Origin: a virus
Lineage: Duplodnaviria > Caudoviricetes
IMG/VR virus record: IMGVR_UViG_3300017780_003084
Coordinates: 1-64,000 of that record
DNA length: 64,000 nucleotides
Reading direction: 5' to 3' (one strand)
Shown: piece by piece, positions 42,122 through 51,140 of the stretch
Numbering within the stretch: position 1 is the first letter of the stretch
Layout: the number at the start of each line of letters is the position of its first letter
Translations under genes and position numbers: made by a program
Notes under the pieces: model-generated
What the model was told of the DNA's origin: nothing
Seen by the model: only the letters and a program-made list of their open reading frames with translations
Database searches by the model: none

Positions 42122-42277
42122 TTATTCAATTGCTGAAAAGATAGATTGGACTGTATCAACTCGCACCAATTCACCAAATCCGTCATCAACAAAGAAAATT
42201 GCAGCTTTAGATGTAGAGTAAATTCCACATTTAAGTCTCGTGTATCTTGTTGTTTTATTCCAAGAATGTAAAAACAT
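42122..42277 (-). CDS. 51-aa leftward early protein (not in the ORF track)
   Basis: RBS AAGGA, own promoter and downstream hairpin; MFLHSWNKTTRYTRLKCGIYSTSKAAIFFVDDGFGELVRVDTVQSIFSAIE. Confidence 0.75.
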   Translation of the reverse strand: MFLHSWNKTTRYTRLKCGIYSTSKAAIFFVDDGFGELVRVDTVQSIFSAIE

Positions 42278-42315
42278 AATGTTTCCTTAAAGTAATTAAG
42301 ATAATACCGCAAACA

Positions 42316-42346
42316 AATCATCTCATGTTTTCTTAAATACTGTCAA
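42316..42346 (-). promoter_or_regulatory. Early-class promoter
   Basis: TTGACA-18-GATGAT within CATGAGATGATT. Confidence 0.7.
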
Positions 42347-42410
42347 TCGAATTTTAAGCAACGCATAAAACAACAGTATAAAACTATTTTCATTTATTAT
42401 TAAAAATCGC

Positions 42411-42441
42411 TTGCACAAAATAATAATTTCATGAGATGATT
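42411..42441 (+). promoter_or_regulatory. Early-class promoter
   Basis: TTGCAC-18-GATGAT within CATGAGATGATT. Confidence 0.7.
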
Positions 42442-42444
42442 CTT

Positions 42445-42710
42445 CCACTGCAGCGAATAACTAAGGGCATAACGCAAGTTTGTAAGTCCACACAATAGTT
42501 GTTGTGATTTGCGAGAGGTTGAAAACCTCGGGGAAAACTTCGAGGGTGCCATTAATCCCTTACATAATGGACAGAGAATTGGCGGGGATTCTCAAGTAGT
42601 TTTAAATAGCACTAAACAAGGTTTTACGAAACTTTGGACAGAGTGATAAAATAGATGCAGCATGTGGGGAACTGGTAAAATCACGTTAAAATCCTATCTA
42701 TTTTATTATG
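42445..42710 (+). ncRNA. Candidate structured RNA / long leader, family unknown
   Basis: No ORF between the promoter and the RBS at 42741; several stems including a perfect 11-bp helix (42646-42656 with 42696-42706) and a possible pseudoknot at 42542-42570. Confidence 0.5.
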
Positions 42711-42751
42711 ATGTTGTGTGCTAGAATGTTTAAATCAATTAAGGAAATATT

Positions 42752-42805
42752 ATGTTCGAGACTGATATGCTGGAAAATATGCAAGCTATGAAAGGCACAA
42801 AATGA
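42752..42805 (+). CDS. 17-aa micropeptide MFETDMLENMQAMKGTK
   Basis: RBS AAGGA; paralogue at 46311. Confidence 0.7.
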   Translation: MFETDMLENMQAMKGTK

Positions 42806-43533
42806 GTGATTTTTCAACACACCAAGCTAGTTATATTTTGTTTGTTGTATTTTTTGTTTTGGTTCCTCTCTTAAATTTTATTGAAAGTTATTTATGAATA
42901 TTAGGCATAAAACAATGCGGTTATGGAATTCTGGATTTTCTGAGTTAGAAATTATCAATCGTGGTGGATGTCAAACTATTTATAATGAATTATTTGCTAC
43001 TTATGGATGTAAATCTATCCCGTTACATGTATTACATGGGCTAAAAAGGACTGAAAGTTATAGTTGCAATTTTCACAATCCACCAGAAGCTTTGCAATTA
43101 CGTGAAATTATTTCAAAACATAATGAAAGTATTTAATATGAAAAATCGTAGATTATCAGGTAGGGAATTTTGCAGTCAATTGGATAGTTTATTCAGTGTA
43201 GCTAAATCGTGCAAATACGATGCGCAAGTAGTGCATGAAAGATTTGCAAGCATGTTGCAAGAATTAAAAACAAGAACTCCTAGCGGGAAACCACGATATG
43301 CATATTACTTAAGGCAATATGTCATTGGGTATCATGATGCTTTACACTCTCACATGTGGCAGAATGAGCTAGAATTCTGTTATGTTTATAACGGTGAATT
43401 GTATTCGACACATAAAGTCAGTAATCATAAAAATGCAGAATTGTTATTTTTGAATAGAGAAAATTCTAGTGCATTCATGGATAGTTTAGAACGTGGACAC
43501 TACTGGAAAAATTCAAACAAACTATTTGCTTAA
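42802..43533 (+). CDS. Early ORFs (42802-42897 TM peptide, 42894-43136, 43123-43533)
   Basis: ATGA-type coupling. Confidence 0.6.
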
Positions 43534-43541
43534 AAATTAAA

Positions 43542-43571
43542 TTGACAGAGTAGAATAAACTCTGAGATAAT
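43542..43571 (+). promoter_or_regulatory. Early-class promoter
   Basis: TTGACA-18-GATAAT within CTGAGATAATT. Confidence 0.7.
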
Positions 43572-43617
43572 TCGTTCTGTCTTAAACGACACAATTTTAA
43601 ACACATTGAAAGAAATT

Positions 43618-44079
43618 ATGAAAAATATCACTTACATGCAAACAGAATCAGGACGCATTTTCACAACTTCTAGCCCACAGTATCACAAGCAAGATAAAAA
43701 GCTTACTAAAAAAGAAGGTGAACAGCTTTACAAAGAACAATGCAGAAATGAATTATTATCACTGGTAAAACCTAATGATAAAGTATATGTTAATGTGGTT
43801 TCTGTGTCATCATCTGGCATGTCTAGAAAAATGAGTTTTCACATTATCAAAGACAATGAACTGCGTAGTATTAGTTATCTTGTTTCTGTTGTAGCTGGGT
43901 ATAATACCGATAATAATTACAATCTTAAGGTGTCTGGGTGTGGTATGGACATGGGATTTAGTGTCGTTTATAATCTTGGGCGTTGCTTATGGCGTGATGG
44001 CACACCTGAATCACATGGCACTAGAAACGGTGTCGCTGACTTTGATGGCGGGTATGCTTTGAAATATTCTTACATTTAA
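43618..44079 (+). CDS. Conserved phage early hypothetical protein
   Basis: VS.SGMSR...GCGMDMGFSVVYNL...GGYAL motif set, which recurs in phage early regions. Confidence 0.75.
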   Translation: MKNITYMQTESGRIFTTSSPQYHKQDKKLTKKEGEQLYKEQCRNELLSLVKPNDKVYVNVVSVSSSGMSRKMSFHIIKDNELRSISYLVSVVAGYNTDNNYNLKVSGCGMDMGFSVVYNLGRCLWRDGTPESHGTRNGVADFDGGYALKYSYI

Positions 44080-44087
44080 GGTTATTT

Positions 44088-45384
44088 ATGTCTTACACTA
44101 AATTAAAATCGCTTAATATAAATTGGGTAGATAAAATTGATGGCTTAACAGTTGCTAATGCTGTCGAATATCTTAAAACCCTAGATCAAGGCATGCGCTT
44201 GTACTGTTATCTTGATGGCGATACACATGGCTGCGATTTAGTATCTAGACTTATCTATGATGTGCCTATGACTAATAAAGAAATTCTGGTGCAATTGCGA
44301 GAAAAGCACGATAGGAATATAAAGCTTTATCAAGATGCAATTGCCAGATATAAGGCTAGAAACGAACAACCGGAACGAATCTTGCAATGTGAAAAGCTTA
44401 TTGCTGAACATCAAAACAAGCTTGATGAATTGATTTTAAAATACTTGAAAGACTAACAACATGATACAATTTACAATCAATTACAATCCCAGTGCCCTAG
44501 CAAAGTGGAAAGCTGTAGACAGCTCCGGCACAGTCTGGAAAAGCCACATTTACAAGCGTGGTATTATTGACTGGATTAGTGCGCAATGTGGCACGGCTCC
44601 GACGAAGCAATTTTAATTTAAGAGAGAATAAAATGTTATTAGCAAAATTACAAATAGTTTTTAGTGAATTAGATCATTATGAAAATGGCTGTACAGGTCA
44701 ACATTTCACAGGTCATTGGGATTTATCTTTTAATGCAGAGAATGAGCAAGTATTGATTGAAAAGATGACAGCCTATTTTCTATGCACTAGTGATTATTTC
44801 CAGTTCAATGCTTGTGATGAAGTAGGACGTACAGATATTCAACTGCAGACGGTAAATAAGTTTGACGAATTTCCGATGAATAAAGGAAATTTAGAACGCT
44901 TTAAAGATGGCAAGATAGAAGCATACCTGACTACTTTTAGTTTTCAAGTTTACGAACAAAAACCATTTAATCTAATAACTAAGGACAGCTAACATGCAAA
45001 CAAATTACAACACAATCAAAACAATGCGCAAGCCAAGCAAGCTGGAAACAAACGAGAAGCAAGTACAACAGGCTTACAAGGGGAAAACGTGGAAGCGTGA
45101 CACAAGCAAGCGCAATTATGAGTTTAACGGGTTACAAGGGGTTTAAAATGAGTTTATTAAACAAGGTATACTGCAAGCGGTTTGCGCATTACTACAATCT
45201 AAAGCTAGATGTCTGTAAAGTATCTAAGACAGTTACAATATCAAACAATGATTTCGTAGACGTGTTTAATAACTTCGACGAATTGCGGGATTTTTTCGAT
45301 AAGCAACGCAATTTAATCACGCTTGGTAAAATTCCAAAGTGGTCTAAATACTGCGAAAATGAATTTAAAAGTATTTTTAAATAA
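44088..45384 (+). CDS. Early ORFs (44088-44456, 44461-44616, 44633-44992, 44994-45146, 45148-45384)
   Basis: Manual translation gives back-to-back ORFs; two are missing from the track. Confidence 0.65.
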
Positions 45385-45386
45385 GC

Positions 45387-45417
45387 TTGACACAATCTTT
45401 TAATTCATGAGATGATT
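45387..45417 (+). promoter_or_regulatory. Early-class promoter
   Basis: TTGACA-18-GATGAT within CATGAGATGATT. Confidence 0.75.
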
Positions 45418-45458
45418 CTTTTAACGCAAATTTGCGCATAATTAAATAGGGGTTAAAA

Positions 45459-46309
45459 ATGGAATTATTCTTTGCTGTCTTTCTTGTCACAACATTTTCT
45501 TGTATCATCATCTCTGCGTTATTTGGAATCGTTCTTAAAAGTAGTAATAAACGGAGTAATTACGCATTAGACGATGCAGTAGAAATGTTACAATTGTTTA
45601 GCCCATTTATTGGCTTGTTAGTTGGATTAATTGCAGCTATTTGTAAATAATTTGCACAGAATCGAAAGCCTAGATTTTACACTAGGCTTCTTTCAAACAT
45701 TACTAGGTATATTATGTCCTACGCTATTCCATATAAAGGTTTGACACGTTTTTTCAACTCCGAGCAAGATGCTGTCACATTTTGTAAGCTTGCTATGATT
45801 AAAACGGATGTTATCATTAAGGCGCAGTTATCATGAAATTCTGTCCAATATTGAAACAGCAGTTTGATTATGCTTTTAACTCAATTGCTAACTTAGATTA
45901 CTCTAGGTGTCTGGGAACAATACGTATTCGAGACCTCGAAAAGAGTGAAATATTCCTACATGGACAAGATGCTCATGATTTGTTAGATTTAGCTTATGAT
46001 ATGTCAGAAAATCGTTTCATAGAGGAAACATTCGAAGACTGTCTCATTCTTTGCTTATATTCACACGTTGACTTGTTAGGGAATTAAATTATGTTTGCTT
46101 TTTATAACTCATCACTAGGTATGATTAAAATTTACAATCATGGCACAGACTGGCAACTAGTTTTCAAAGATGGTGGAGAACGTTGGTTTTCTATTTGGGA
46201 ACGTTGGTTTTCTATTTGGAAACATTCAATAATGGACAGCTTAGAACGTGCAATTTATTCTGTTGATGATAGTTTTGTCCCTGATTTACTAGTTATTTGC
46301 GAGGTTTAA
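45459..46309 (+). CDS. Early ORFs (45459-45650 membrane; ~45714-45836; 45833-46087; 46091-46309)
   Basis: RBS present; a hairpin at 45664-45694 separates the first ORF from the rest. Confidence 0.6.
46178..46219 (+). repeat. Perfect 21-bp tandem duplication (ERWFSIW x2)
   Basis: GAACGTTGGTTTTCTATTTGG occurs twice, in frame. Confidence 0.95.
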
Positions 46310-46310
46310 A

Positions 46311-46361
46311 ATGTTTGAATTTGATATGCTGGCAAACATGGAAGAAATGAAGGGAAAATGA
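46311..46361 (+). CDS. 16-aa micropeptide MFEFDMLANMEEMKGK
   Basis: RBS GAGG; paralogue of 42752-42805. Confidence 0.7.
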   Translation: MFEFDMLANMEEMKGK

Positions 46362-46734
46362 TGAAAACACCTATAATTAACCATAAAGAATTATGCAGAT
46401 TACTCGCACCCATCGACTGGGCTTATACAGGCTTTGATGACGGATTCTATTGTTTCCAAACTGGGAACTATTCGACAGGCTTCAAAGAAATGAAGTGTAA
46501 GCAGGAAGACTTAAATAAAGCTAACTTAACTTTGATGGTTAAGCTTAATATGACGAGGGTGTGATTATGACAAACGAACGACTTTACACAATCCACTACA
46601 AGACAAAGGATAGAGTAGTAGATGCAGGATTTGAGCCTATGACATTCAAGGAGGCTTTAATTGTGCGTCTTAAGTGCATTAGCTGGGGAATGCATCGAAA
46701 GCATAGGAGTGTAGAGATAAGGCGAATAAGCTAA
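46358..46734 (+). CDS. Last two early ORFs (46358-46564, 46567-46734)
   Basis: Coupled; followed by a terminator. Confidence 0.65.
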
Positions 46735-46759
46735 GACAGATCAATTACAAGCAGCATGC

Positions 46760-46789
46760 AAAGCCTATCGAGTGATAGGCTTTTGTTTT
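46760..46789 (+). terminator. Intrinsic terminator ending the early operon
   Basis: AAAGCCTATC-GAGT-GATAGGCTTTTGTTTT. Confidence 0.9.
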
Positions 46790-46922
46790 ATGTGCTGTCA
46801 CTTGGTAAGCGTTGATTGTTATATCATGGACAAGGTAGATAACATGTGTGTGTGGTAGTGTCTTACACAGTGTCTTACATGGGCGTTATCGGTGTCATGC
46901 TGATACCATGTAGAGGTAAGGG

Positions 46923-46981
46923 TTATCCGATAGCTTATAGTTATCCACATAGTTTGTATGTTATCCACAGGGTTATCCACA
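46923..46981 (+). promoter_or_regulatory. DnaA-box cluster
   Basis: TTATCCACA at 46941, 46961 and 46973; degenerate TTATCCGAT at 46923. Confidence 0.8.
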
Positions 46982-47020
46982 GGTTAGGGTCAATCGCAAC
47001 CTTTGCAGCTAGTAAGGGGG

Positions 47021-47057
47021 AAAGTGGTCTGACCAATTCAAAGTGGTACTACCAATT
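47021..47057. promoter_or_regulatory. Tandem GntR/FadR(PdhR)-type operator-like palindromes
   Basis: AAAGTGGTCTGACCAATT and AAAGTGGTACTACCAATT (TGGT-N3-ACCA core). Confidence 0.55.
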
Positions 47058-47378
47058 GATAAACTTCAAAACAATAACATTTACACAACACATACACTTA
47101 TCATCTTGATAAGCTTGCCAAATACATCACATCTACACTCGATTAGATCATATCATCGCAGTACCTTAGCCAGTCAATCTATCATAGCATCACTCTAACA
47201 TCGCTCACAATACCGATTGTAAGCCATTGGAGGTATGCACAAGGCACGTTCTTGGGCTGTCCTATACGTCACTATATCCAATGATTTAAACGTCTGTAAT
47301 CGCTTGCATTGCGACACCTAAACAGGTGGTTAGTTCCTATCCATGCGGGTTTCGATGATGTGGTAGATATTTTACAAC

Positions 47379-47399
47379 TGTTCCACGGTATGTTCCACG
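47379..47399 (+). repeat. Two parS-half-site-like 9-mers
   Basis: TGTTCCACG at 47379 and 47391. Confidence 0.5.
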
Positions 47400-47732
47400 A
47401 GGCTAGCGCCCTGTTAAACAACACTTGTGCCTCTGACCATTTTCAGACATCACTCCCTCACAGATATATTCCCACACAGCTCAAATATCCCTGCCAATAA
47501 ATGTCACTTCCTGAAAAATTTTTATAGAAAATTTGACGTTTGAAACACTTCCAAGACACTCTTTACAGATATTTTCTGTACAGAATGCTAATAATTGTGT
47601 CTCGAACACAACAATAATTTACAATTTTTAATTTTCAGCGTATTGGGAAGAATTTCAGGAAGTATAGATAGCGATATCAATATGATTTAATATGCTTTAG
47701 GGAAGCGTCTTATAGTGGGAATTAGACGTAAT

Positions 47733-47790
47733 AAAACGATTTAAACGCTCATCCCATAGAAACATACTAGGACGACGTTTAAATCGTTTT
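47733..47790. repeat. Perfect 15-bp inverted repeat with a 28-bp spacer
   Basis: AAAACGATTTAAACG ... CGTTTAAATCGTTTT. Confidence 0.9.
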
Positions 47791-47821
47791 GAGGGTGCTT
47801 TTGCTAGGATAAGAAGACTGA

Positions 47822-50800
47822 TTACTTTACAAGCATAGCATCGTCAATAGCCTGACGTAGATTTGTTTTGTACTCATCACAATCATCAGAAACTTGTTGT
47901 GCATGGAACAAAGCTAGTGAGCCATGAAATAATGGTTGCCTTACTTCAACACACTTTGACTCCAGCCAATCCATACGAAGTTTGTCTTTCATAAGATTAT
48001 ATGAACGTGGTTTCGAAGGTAGTTTTATAAATCCACGTGGGGTATTCTCGATTTCGTTGCTAATGTACTGAATGTTAGAATGCATTTCATCTTGTACTGG
48101 AGTAGTTAATGAATCTTCAACAATTGAAATAATCTCCATAATTATAGCTACAGGGTCTGCATACTTAGTTTCTATGTAGTTACCATCATAGTCACACACA
48201 TCTATAACAAACCCGCTATCTGAGTCGTGCATTGGAATAGTTGCAAGTACATATCTCAAAGCATTCTCAAGTTTGTCAATCTTATCCGCAGCGGCTCTTT
48301 CTAGTTGACTTAAATACTGACTACCAGCATTTTCATCTTCATAGTCAGCATCATCCCGTAACTTATCTTGAATAGATTTATTCATACTCCCTCCTTCAAC
48401 TCAAGCACAATTCCTGCTGCAGCATACGCACTCCAAGTAGGATTATGTTCCACAAAATACTTCATTGACGTATAGTGCTCATTGAATGTCTCAACCTCCA
48501 CACCAGCCTTCTTCAAGTATTTCCTCAGAATCTTCACAGAAACACCCTCATCTCGTGAGGGCATTCTAATCTTCCACTTAGAAGCCAGTCCTTCCCAATA
48601 TCCCATATCAAGATAGCTTGTCTTGTACAGATGCTTATTGACTTGAATGTCTATCTGCTTCTGCTTACGAGCTTCTTGTGCTTTAGCCAGAGCTTCTATT
48701 CGTTGCTCTGCCGTCATGTTGGTTATAAATGTCATTCTATCCCCTCCCCTTCTGTATATGTGATTTTCTTAATTGCTACACACTGATAACCAAACTGCTG
48801 CTTTACAACTGCAGCTTCTAGCTCATCAAGAGAGTTATGAGCTTCTATCTGAATATTTCTATTATCTCCCCAATGCTTATAACGAAATATCTCCAACCAC
48901 ACAGTTTTCTCTTCTGGTTGTTCTATGAGGTCACGAGGACTGTCTCCAGATGCACTCATAGTTTCACTCCATTTACCATCTCTAGAGAAGTTACAGGCAT
49001 ACCCGTGAACTATTCCTATAACAGGGAAATGCTCGTTGTCAGCATCAACACACAACACCCTAACATCTCTACCATCACGAGTTTTATATTTCTTATCCAT
49101 TGATATTAAATTACTCATCTATTTCTCCTTAATCAAAACATAAACAACAATTCCCATAATAGGAATAAACATTAGCACAGGATATGCCAAGAATAAACAG
49201 AACACAATAGCCAGAATGACAAGATGCCAATTCAGTAAGCCTAGGCATAACAGTGCGAGCAGTAGCCAAAACATATCACTCTCCCTTCATTTCTTGTATT
49301 GTAATATTCAAGTATTCCACATGCTTTGCTAAAGCAAGAATAGCTCCTTGGATATGCTTGTCTTTTTGCTCGTCACAAGCTAACGTATTAATAATAGCTT
49401 CGTTAGCGTCATTCTGAGCCTGTACAAACTTATTCATACTGAACATGTATTCTGTGATTGTCTCTCGTAGGAGATTGATTTGAGCTTGCTGCTTGTCAAT
49501 TGACTTATTCTGCCAATGGTTTGTAAAAACTGTAATTAATACAATTATAACTACAGCTATTTGTATAATTTCTGTCATGTTATTTCTCTCCTTGTTTTAC
49601 ATTATTTAAAATACGATCTTTAGCTATGTTGAAGTTGTTTTCATTCATTATTTCTCTCCTACAAAGTTATTCAATTCCTTAATCTTAGTTTCCAATTCTT
49701 TTTGGTGATTCTCAATCTGAGCTTTCATATTACCAACCTGCACCTTACGAACAGCTTTAATAATACTATCATCAACAGTGGCTCCCCATTTTAAAGCTGT
49801 TTCAATATAATGATAGTGCATATATTGAGGAGTTTTCTCGTAAATAGCTTTCACTTTGTCTGTGTAGTATTTAGCAAGCTCTTCTTCTGTCTTAATAAAT
49901 ATCACATCTCGGTTGCTACCACTACCATCATAATACTGATTCATTTTATATGTCAAACTGCCATCACTCCTACCAAACAATGAAATGAGTTTGATTTCCA
50001 TACTATAGCTGTCAGGAGACTTTAATTGCTCCATGAATAACTTGGGCTCATAAATACCAAAGTCGCTAGCTTCAACAATGTACTTGATATTACCAGCCAT
50101 AACATCACACAACAACTCGAAAGCTCCTACATCTATTTGTGTAGATAATGTATCGTACAATCGCTTTGTAGATTTGAAAGCTTTCTCATAGGCTTCACGT
50201 TCATGTTTTAGTTTACCAATAGAGTTTTGAATTTCATCTTGTTTTTGTTTCAGAGATTTTAAGCTTTCTTCCAGTTTCTTCTCTTCTTTGCTCTTCCATG
50301 TTTCTACATGGAAGTCGTGCAAACTCTTTGTGACAAATCGTTCACCACTAGGAAGTTCATCTCCTGTAGAGCTAACAAATACTTCTTGCACAATCCATTC
50401 TGTATTATTGAGTTGTCCTACAACAACCACTTTTCGTCCATCTGATAAAAACTTTTGTTCCATATTATTCTCCTTTAAACTTCTTAATAAATTTATTAAT
50501 TTTATACATAAATGTCTCCTTATTACGCTCTGGAGTTATTGTCTCATATTGCCACTTTCCATTAACCTTCTTTGTAGCTACTTGTAAAACCATATTATCC
50601 GTCTTAGACGTATAGACAGCCTTACGAGCTGTTGTATGGAACATGAAGAGTCCTCCATCCTTCTTTAAATTCGTCATAAACGGAGGAGCACTGCTGAGTT
50701 CTTCTCCTGTGTCACGGTCTATGAAGCGGTAACGAATGTTATAGTTTGCCATGTTATTCCTCCTCCAATGCTAAAGCTAACGGAGCTAATACTTCTTTAG

Positions 50801-51065
50801 CCCACTGTTTTCGTGTCATTCTTTGTGAGTAAAATGTTGTGTTACCAAATGTGTTAATCTCTTCATCAAAGCAGTCTAAGTTGTCTTCAATGTTTTGTTG
50901 GATAACCTCTGTCAACACATTGTAGTCATTCTCATTGTACTTCGTGTTGTGCAAATCTCGCACAAGATACATCCCACAGATATAGCCAATGCGGTTGCAT
51001 AAATACTTGTCATCTGTATTTAAGGTTACAGCTTCCATCAATAAATCTACGTGTCGTTGTGACAT
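47822..51065 (-). CDS. Run of hypothetical ORFs (47822-48385, 48382-48735, 48732-49118, 49276-49578, 49648-50463, 50465-50752, 50754-51065)
   Basis: RBS GGAGA(A)AT and tight coupling; 49648-50463 begins with the common phage KFLSDGRKVVVVG motif. Confidence 0.7.
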
Positions 51066-51140
51066 TTATTTCTCCTTTATGTTTTAAGAAAGCTCATAAT
51101 ATTGGCTACCAGCCATCATTGAGCTGACATGAGGATAGTA

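Noticed and set aside
42118-42321. Track ORF of 67 aa on the minus strand
   Set aside because: An alternative frame (42122-42277) has the RBS and correct promoter spacing.
42517-42632. hix/gix-like half sites (TTGAAAACC.., AAACAAGGTTTT) as targets of the serine recombinase
   Set aside because: Only one arm matches in each case, no second inverted copy was found, and the first is better explained by an RNA hairpin.
47262-47290. NrdR-box-like CACTATATC
   Set aside because: Only a half match and single copy; not distinguishable from chance.
47379-47399. Full parS site implying plasmid-like prophage partitioning
   Set aside because: These are direct half-sites, not the 16-bp palindrome, and no ParA/ParB is encoded in the window.
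46846-47500. Track ORFs 46846-47109 and 47309-47500
   Set aside because: No RBS, they lie after a strong terminator, and their low-complexity translation (VIHRVIHR) merely reflects the DnaA-box repeats.
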